Shown here: positions 58,654 to 64,000 of the stretch, in pieces
Layout: each line of letters starts with the position of its first letter
How positions within the stretch are numbered: position 1 is the stretch's first letter
Origin: Hydrurus foetidus
Taxonomy: Eukaryota
DNA length: 64,000 nt
Assembly: GCA_900617105.1 (NCBI GenBank)
Contig: UYFQ01000852.1
Coordinates: forward strand, 1-64,000
Reading direction: 5' to 3'
Notes under the pieces: model-generated
The model's input: the letters and a program-made list of their open reading frames with translations, nothing else
Told to the model about the DNA's origin: nothing
The model's database searches: none
Position numbers and translations under genes: made by a program

Positions 58654-60702
58654 ACCGCCCGAAACCACCGCTCTCGCCGTCACGCCGACCGCCTTCCAGA
58701 TCACGGCCGCCCGCATCCGCAGCCTCGTGCGCTGCGCGACACTGACGTCGCTCCGGAAAATCTCCGCTTCGGCGAAGCGCCCGATGACGACATTCCTCCT
58801 TGCCGAGACGCTGTTCGCGGCCGGCCAGCTGCAAACCGCTGACGGTTCGACCGGCCCGGAACCGGAAGGAAAGGCCGAACATGGCCCTGGACGGTCGCCG
58901 GCGTCTGCTCGCCCTGCGCCACCTCGTCGACCAGGGCCGGATCGACGACGGTTTCCTCGTCGATGTCTTCATCGAAACCGATCCGGCCCGCCAGGCCGCC
59001 GCGGTCCTCCTCACCAACACGGCCGTCCCCGTCCATGTCGCCGATATCATCGCCGCGATCGGCCGCATGCTGAAAGGCAAGCTGGGCGTCCCCACGATGG
59101 CCTGGCCCCTCGGTTACGCCGAGGTCGATGTGAAGCGTCTGGCGGCCTTGTCCGCGCTTCCCGATAACGCCCTCGCTGCATTGAAGTCGGGGCAGATGAA
59201 CCTGCGGCAGGCCAAGCTGCTGGCCCGCCTCCCGACCGCGCCGAGCAGGCCGAGATGGCCCGAATGGCGCGCGAGGGTCATGGCTTTCAGGACTGGCGGA
59301 TCAAGGAACGCCTCGACCAGGACCGGTCACCACGCGCGACGATCGCTGGCCGCTCGTCGGCGCCGAACGGTACGCCGAGGCGGGCGGCCGCACCGAGTTC
59401 GACCTCTTCGGCGAACTCGCGCCCGTGCTCCTCGATCCCCGGTCCTCACCGAAATCTGGATGAGGCGGGCCCGGGAGGTCGCCCTGGCCTTCGAGGCCGC
59501 GGGCATCGCTGTCCACGTCACGGCCGGCGACCGCCCGAGCTTCCGGACGACCCAGAGACGCCCGGCTATGTCTACGGCGGCATGCTCCCCACGGCCGAAA
59601 TGGCCACCTATCGCGATCTGAAGGATCGTTTTCACGGCACAGCCGACAGGGTCGAGGAGGTTCTCTCCACTACCAGCGAGTCCGCCCCCGTGGACGGGCG
59701 CTGATCGCCATGATCCACGCCCGACTGGCCATGGATCAGGCGGGATTGCGGGGACGGGTGGTGACCACTCTGGTTCAGCCCGGCCGCCCGCACCGGGATC
59801 GACATCGAATGCTATTCGCCCGCCGAACCCGAGACGGAAGACGGGCCTGAGGACGACGACGGAGGCATCGAAACCCGACGGGAGGTCACGCCCGTCTACG
59901 CCGCGCCCGAGGCGGAGGCCCGAACCGGAGACGGAAGGGATCAACCATGCCCTTCACGCCGTCCGCACCGACGTCGCGACCCGGGGTCTCATTCGCGCCC
60001 TCGCCGATGATCCCGGCGTCGCCTTCACCGCCCTAATCGCCCGCCTGTTCGGACAGATCTCCGTCCGCACCCATGGCATGCGCTCGGAGTCGGCCCTGGC
60101 CCTGACCGCCTCGGCCTTCAACCCCGCGGGAGGCCGGGTCATCGAGGCGCTCGATGGCGACGTCCGCCACCGTCTCGACGCGCGCCGTGCCGCCTGGGAG
60201 GCCTCCGGCCAGACCGTCATCGCCTGGGTCCACGGTCTCGCGCACGGAGACAAGATGGCCCTGCTGGCGGAACTGACCGCCCTGACGCTCGACATTCGGG
60301 AAGAGCGGACCACTCTGATCCGCCGCGCCGCCCGTGCGGAGGCCGCCGAGCTGGCTGAACTTTGCGGCGCGGACATTACCCTCCACTGGACGCCCGACGC
60401 GGAGTTCCTCGCCGCACTCCAAGACGCTGCTCGCGGGCATGCTCGGAAGCGATGGGAGCGGACGACGTTCGCCGAGGCGCTCAAGAAGAGCGACCTCATC
60501 CCTGGGTCGAGGAGAAAGCCGCCGAGAAGACCTGGGCCGGCAAGCCTGTCTTGATCGCCTATCAGGATCCCGAGGCCCCGATCGACGGCTTGAGCCGGTC
60601 GCCCCGGACGGGCCGGCCGAGGAGGCGGACCCACCCGGCGATGGTGCGGGCGCATTTGAGGTGACGCCGGCCGGCGAGGCGGCTCTGGACCACGCCGCCT
60701 GA
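58650..60702 (+). CDS. ParB-like partition protein of conjugative elements
   Basis: LAETLFAAGQLQ.L.VRP; ALDGRRRLLAL; YAEAGGRTEFDLFG; HWTPDAEFL; ALKKSDLI. Confidence 0.8.
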
Positions 60703-60716
60703 TCCATCGCTGGCTG

Positions 60717-60749
60717 GAGCCCGCTTCGACGTCGCGTCGGAGCGGGCTC
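60717..60749 (+). terminator. Stem-loop downstream of the parB-like gene
   Basis: GAGCCCGCT(TCGAC)-GTCGC-(GTCGG)AGCGGGCTC; no U-tract. Confidence 0.45.
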
Positions 60750-60846
60750 TCGCTGGAACGAACCAGGAAGGCGAAGGGAGGGCGGGTGAAGGCGAGCCTG
60801 AAGCGACCGAGAGGGAGGCCTCCGCTTCCGGCGTCAGGAGCTTCTG

Positions 60847-63800
60847 ATGCCCGCCACCTCGACGACCCTCTCGCTGTTCGCCGTCCCATCCGGCGACGAC
60901 CGGCCGCTCAACATCCTCGCCTCGGCCCGGCGCTCTACCAACTCGCCCGCTCGCGGGCGCTCGACCGGAAGCTGGTGTCGTCGGTCATGACCACTGCTTT
61001 CGGCGGATCTGACGCCGAGGGCCTGTGGTCCTGGCGAGACGCCTATGAGGCCATCGAAGCCGCCACCGTCCTGCAGATCCGGCGGTTGGCCCCGCAGGTC
61101 CGCCGTCTCGAAGATGCTCCTGCCGAATTGTCGGTCTTCTCGCCGCTATCAGTGCGCTCGGCCTGACCCATAGCCGTCGCAGTGAGGAACAGGTCGCGCT
61201 CGATCAGTTCTCCACCCCGCCCGAACTGGCGGCCCTGGCCGTGCTTGCCGCCCAGGTGCGACCGGCCGACCGGGTGCTGGAGCCGTCCGCCGGCACGGTC
61301 TGATCGCCGCCGTCGCCGAAGCCTGTGGCGGGTCCTGACGCTCAACGAGATCGCGCCGGCGCGAGCGGAGCTACTGGACGGCCTCTTCCGGCGGCGACGC
61401 GGTCGCGCCACGACGCCCGACATGTCCAGGACCTCCTGTCCGACGTGGCGCCTTCGACGCGGCCGTCTGCAATCCGCCCTTCTCCGATCTCGAAGCCCAT
61501 CTTATCGTTGCCTTCGACGCCCTGGCCGAGGCCGGGCGACTGGTCGCGATCGTGCCGCTGACGGCGTTGACGGATGATCGGTTGCTCGGCCGGTTGCGGT
61601 CCCGCGGCCGGCTTCTGGCGCGCATCGCCTTCCGTCCCGGGCCTTTTCAAGACACGGCACCACCGTCGACACCGGCCTTCGTTCTGGACAGGCTGGAGCC
61701 TGAGGTCGACGACGCCCCTCTCCCAGGCGGACGATCTGGTCGAGGCGGCGGGTCTGGCCGCGTCCGTCGCCGCCCGGCGCGGCGCCAGGGCGCGTGTCCG
61801 TCTGGAGATCGCGGCAGGCCTTGTCGCGCCTCGTGACCGGTCTATCGCCCTGCCCTCGGGCCGACTTCGCCTTCCTGACAGGGGCGGCGCTCGTCGGTTA
61901 CGCGTCGCGAGCCTGGAGCGGCGAGGGCCGCGACGTGGGTCTGTATCAGGCTCATGCCCTGCCCGGATCACACCGGAAGTCGGCCATCCCCATCCATCGC
62001 CCCTGGTGGAGTCCGGGCCGATGGTCTCGGTCGCTCTGCCGGCGCCGACCTACCGCCCGGTGCTGCCGCCCGCCGTGAGCCGCGACGGTCTCCTCGGAGG
62101 CGCAGATCGAGACGGTCATCTACGCCGGGGAAGCGCATGCGGGCCTTTTGCCGCCTGGTGGCTTGCGACCGAGGCCGCGCACCAGCTGACGCTTTCGTCC
62201 GAGGACCGTCACGGCGCTTCCAGCTTCGCCGCGGATTCTTCCTCGGCGACGGTACGGGCTGCGGCAAGGGCGTGAGATCGCCGCCGTCATCGCCGACAAC
62301 ATGGCCAAGGGCCGACCTGGCGGTGTGGATAACCAGGAACGACGCCCTTCTCGAGGACGCCCGGCGGGACTGGAGCGCGATCGGCGGCTTCACGACATCG
62401 TTCCCCTGAACAGCTGGAAGCTGGGCGAGGGCGTCCGGCTCGATCGCGGCATTCTGTTCACCACCTATGCGACGCTGCGCCAGCCGGCCCGAGCGGCGCG
62501 GATGTCGCGGCTCGACCAGATCGTCGCCTGGCTCGGCGAGGACTTCGATGGCGTCATCGCTTTCGACGAGGCGCACGCCATGGCCAACGCCGCCGGCGGC
62601 GGCAAGGGCTCGTGGTCCAGGAAGGCCTCGCTTCAAGGGATGGCGGGCCTGGCGTTGCAGAACCGGTTGCCGAACGCTCGCGTCCTCTATGTCTCGGCCA
62701 CCGGCGCCACCACAGCGGAGAACCTGGCCTACGCCGCGCGTCTCGGACTGTGGGCGGGCCGAGGCTTCGTCTCCCGCGACGACTTCCTCGACGCCATGGA
62801 CAAGGGCGGGTCGCGGCCATGGAGCTGGTCGCGCGCGAGCTCAAGGCGCTCGGTCTCTATGTGGCTCGCAGCCTGTCGTTCGAAGGCGTCGAATACGATC
62901 CGCTCCGGCACGACCTCACGGCCGACGACGTCGCGATCTGGGACGCCTGGGCTGACGCCTTCCAGATGATCCACGCCAATCTGGCCGAGGCGTTGAAGGC
63001 GACCGGCGTCAACGATGAGGAGGGCAGGCCGAAGAGCGGCCTGGCCGCGTCCGCCATTCACTCCGCCTTCGAGGGCCAAGCTCAGGTTCTTCGGCCATCT
63101 TCTGGCCGGGCTGAAGGCCCCCACCCTCGTTGCCTCGATCCGGGACGATCTGGCCAACGACCGGTCGGCGGTCGTGCAGATCGTCTCGACCAACGAGGCG
63201 GTGATGGAGCGCCGACTGGCGTCGATCCCGCCGGAAGAATGGAACAATCTGTCGATTGACCTGACGCCGCGCGAATACGTCCTCGACTACCTGCGCGAGG
63301 CCTTCCCGTGACCCGATGGAGGCGATCGAGGTGACGACGGCGCCGTCACCCTGTTCCCCGTGATGGTGGATGGCCGTCCCGCCGTCAGTCAGGACGCCCT
63401 GCGCCGGCGCGAGGCCCTGATCGAGAGGATGGCCTGCCTGCCCGCCGTTCCCGGCGTCCTCGACGCCATCCTCGACGCCTTCGGGACCGAGGCTGTCGCC
63501 GAGGTGACGGGCGGTCACGGCGCGTCGTGCGTCGCGACGGCAGACGCGTGGTCGAGCGCCGGGCGCTTCGGCGGCTCGGTCGGAGACCGACGCCTTCATG
63601 TCCGGCCGCAAACGGGTGCTGATCTTCTCCGACGCCGGCGGTACGGGTCGGAGCTATCACGCCGACCTCGCGGCTCAGAACCAGCAGCGCCGCGTCCACT
63701 ACCTGGTTGAACCCGGCTGGCGAGCCGACGCCGCCATCCAAGGCCTAGGCCGCAGTCACAGGACCCATCAGGCCTGCCCACCGTTGTTCCGACCGGTGAC

Positions 63801-64000
63801 GACCGATATCCATGGCGAGAAGCGCTTCACCTCGACCATCGCCCGGCTTCGACTCGCTGGGCCTGACGCGCGGAGAGCGCCGGACGGCTGGGGCCGGCCT
63901 CTTCCGCGCCGAGGACAATCTCGAGAGCCCTTGGGCCCGGCGCGCCCTGCTTGTCTTCTACGGCGCCTGGCGTTCGGCGAGCTGGCGTGCATGACCCTGG
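60847..64000 (+). CDS. Strawberry-notch-family methylase/helicase (3' truncated by window)
   Basis: DQFSTP; VLEPSAG; CNPPFS; RGFFLGDGTGCGKG; GILFTTYATLR; FDEAHAMANA; YVSATGAT; VLIFSDAGGTGRSYHAD; VHYLVEPGWRADAAIQGLGRSHRT. Confidence 0.93.

Larger units (their letters stand above)
33332..64000. mobile_element. Trb-type conjugative element backbone (ICE or plasmid; Tn4371-like gene set)
   Basis: trbBCDEJLFGI, traG, copG, traF, alpA, radC, parB, toprim and helicase. Integrase, relaxase and att sites are not in the window, so ICE versus plasmid and the true boundaries are unresolved. Confidence 0.85.

Noticed and set aside
1..64000. Widespread pseudogenisation or programmed frameshifting
   Set aside because: Indels hit essentially every gene, often in short homopolymers, while catalytic motifs stay intact; sequencing error is the simpler explanation.

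Overview
GC-rich alphaproteobacterial DNA; gene content suggests Caulobacteraceae (Brevundimonas/Caulobacter-like), which is an inference. Nearly every gene carries several single-base indels, most simply explained by uncorrected long-read error, so I reconstructed genes across frames and many boundaries are approximate. (1) 0.1-11.9 kb: a complete lasso-peptide locus with two GntR and one XRE regulator, two tandem precursors missed by the ORF track (cores about GGFTELVREADKQPYNIMA and GGFTEYVREADRQP...), B protease, C cyclase, and a convergent FecI-FecR-TonB receptor-isopeptidase operon. (2) 12-29 kb: an alpha/beta hydrolase, SRAP, and an imuA-imuB-dnaE2 SOS cassette split by about 8.6 kb of defence-like cargo (NACHT/STAND ATPase with C-terminal PD-(D/E)xK nuclease, HEPN-motif protein, caspase-like protease, membrane protein); each half has its own LexA box. 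(3) 29-33 kb: HTH behind a perfect double operator, an HNH-like protein, an MNT-HEPN fusion and a second HEPN-motif protein. (4) 33-64 kb: a Trb-type conjugative element backbone (alpA, lytic transglycosylase, traF, trbI-G-F-L-J-E-D-C, trbB, copG, traG, radC, toprim, parB, strawberry-notch helicase). It is interrupted by a roughly 2000-aa REase-TPR-PIN gene between trbC and trbB and by an HExxH peptidase plus PD-(D/E)xK nuclease pair between traG and radC. No integrase, relaxase, tRNA, rRNA or CRISPR array was seen.
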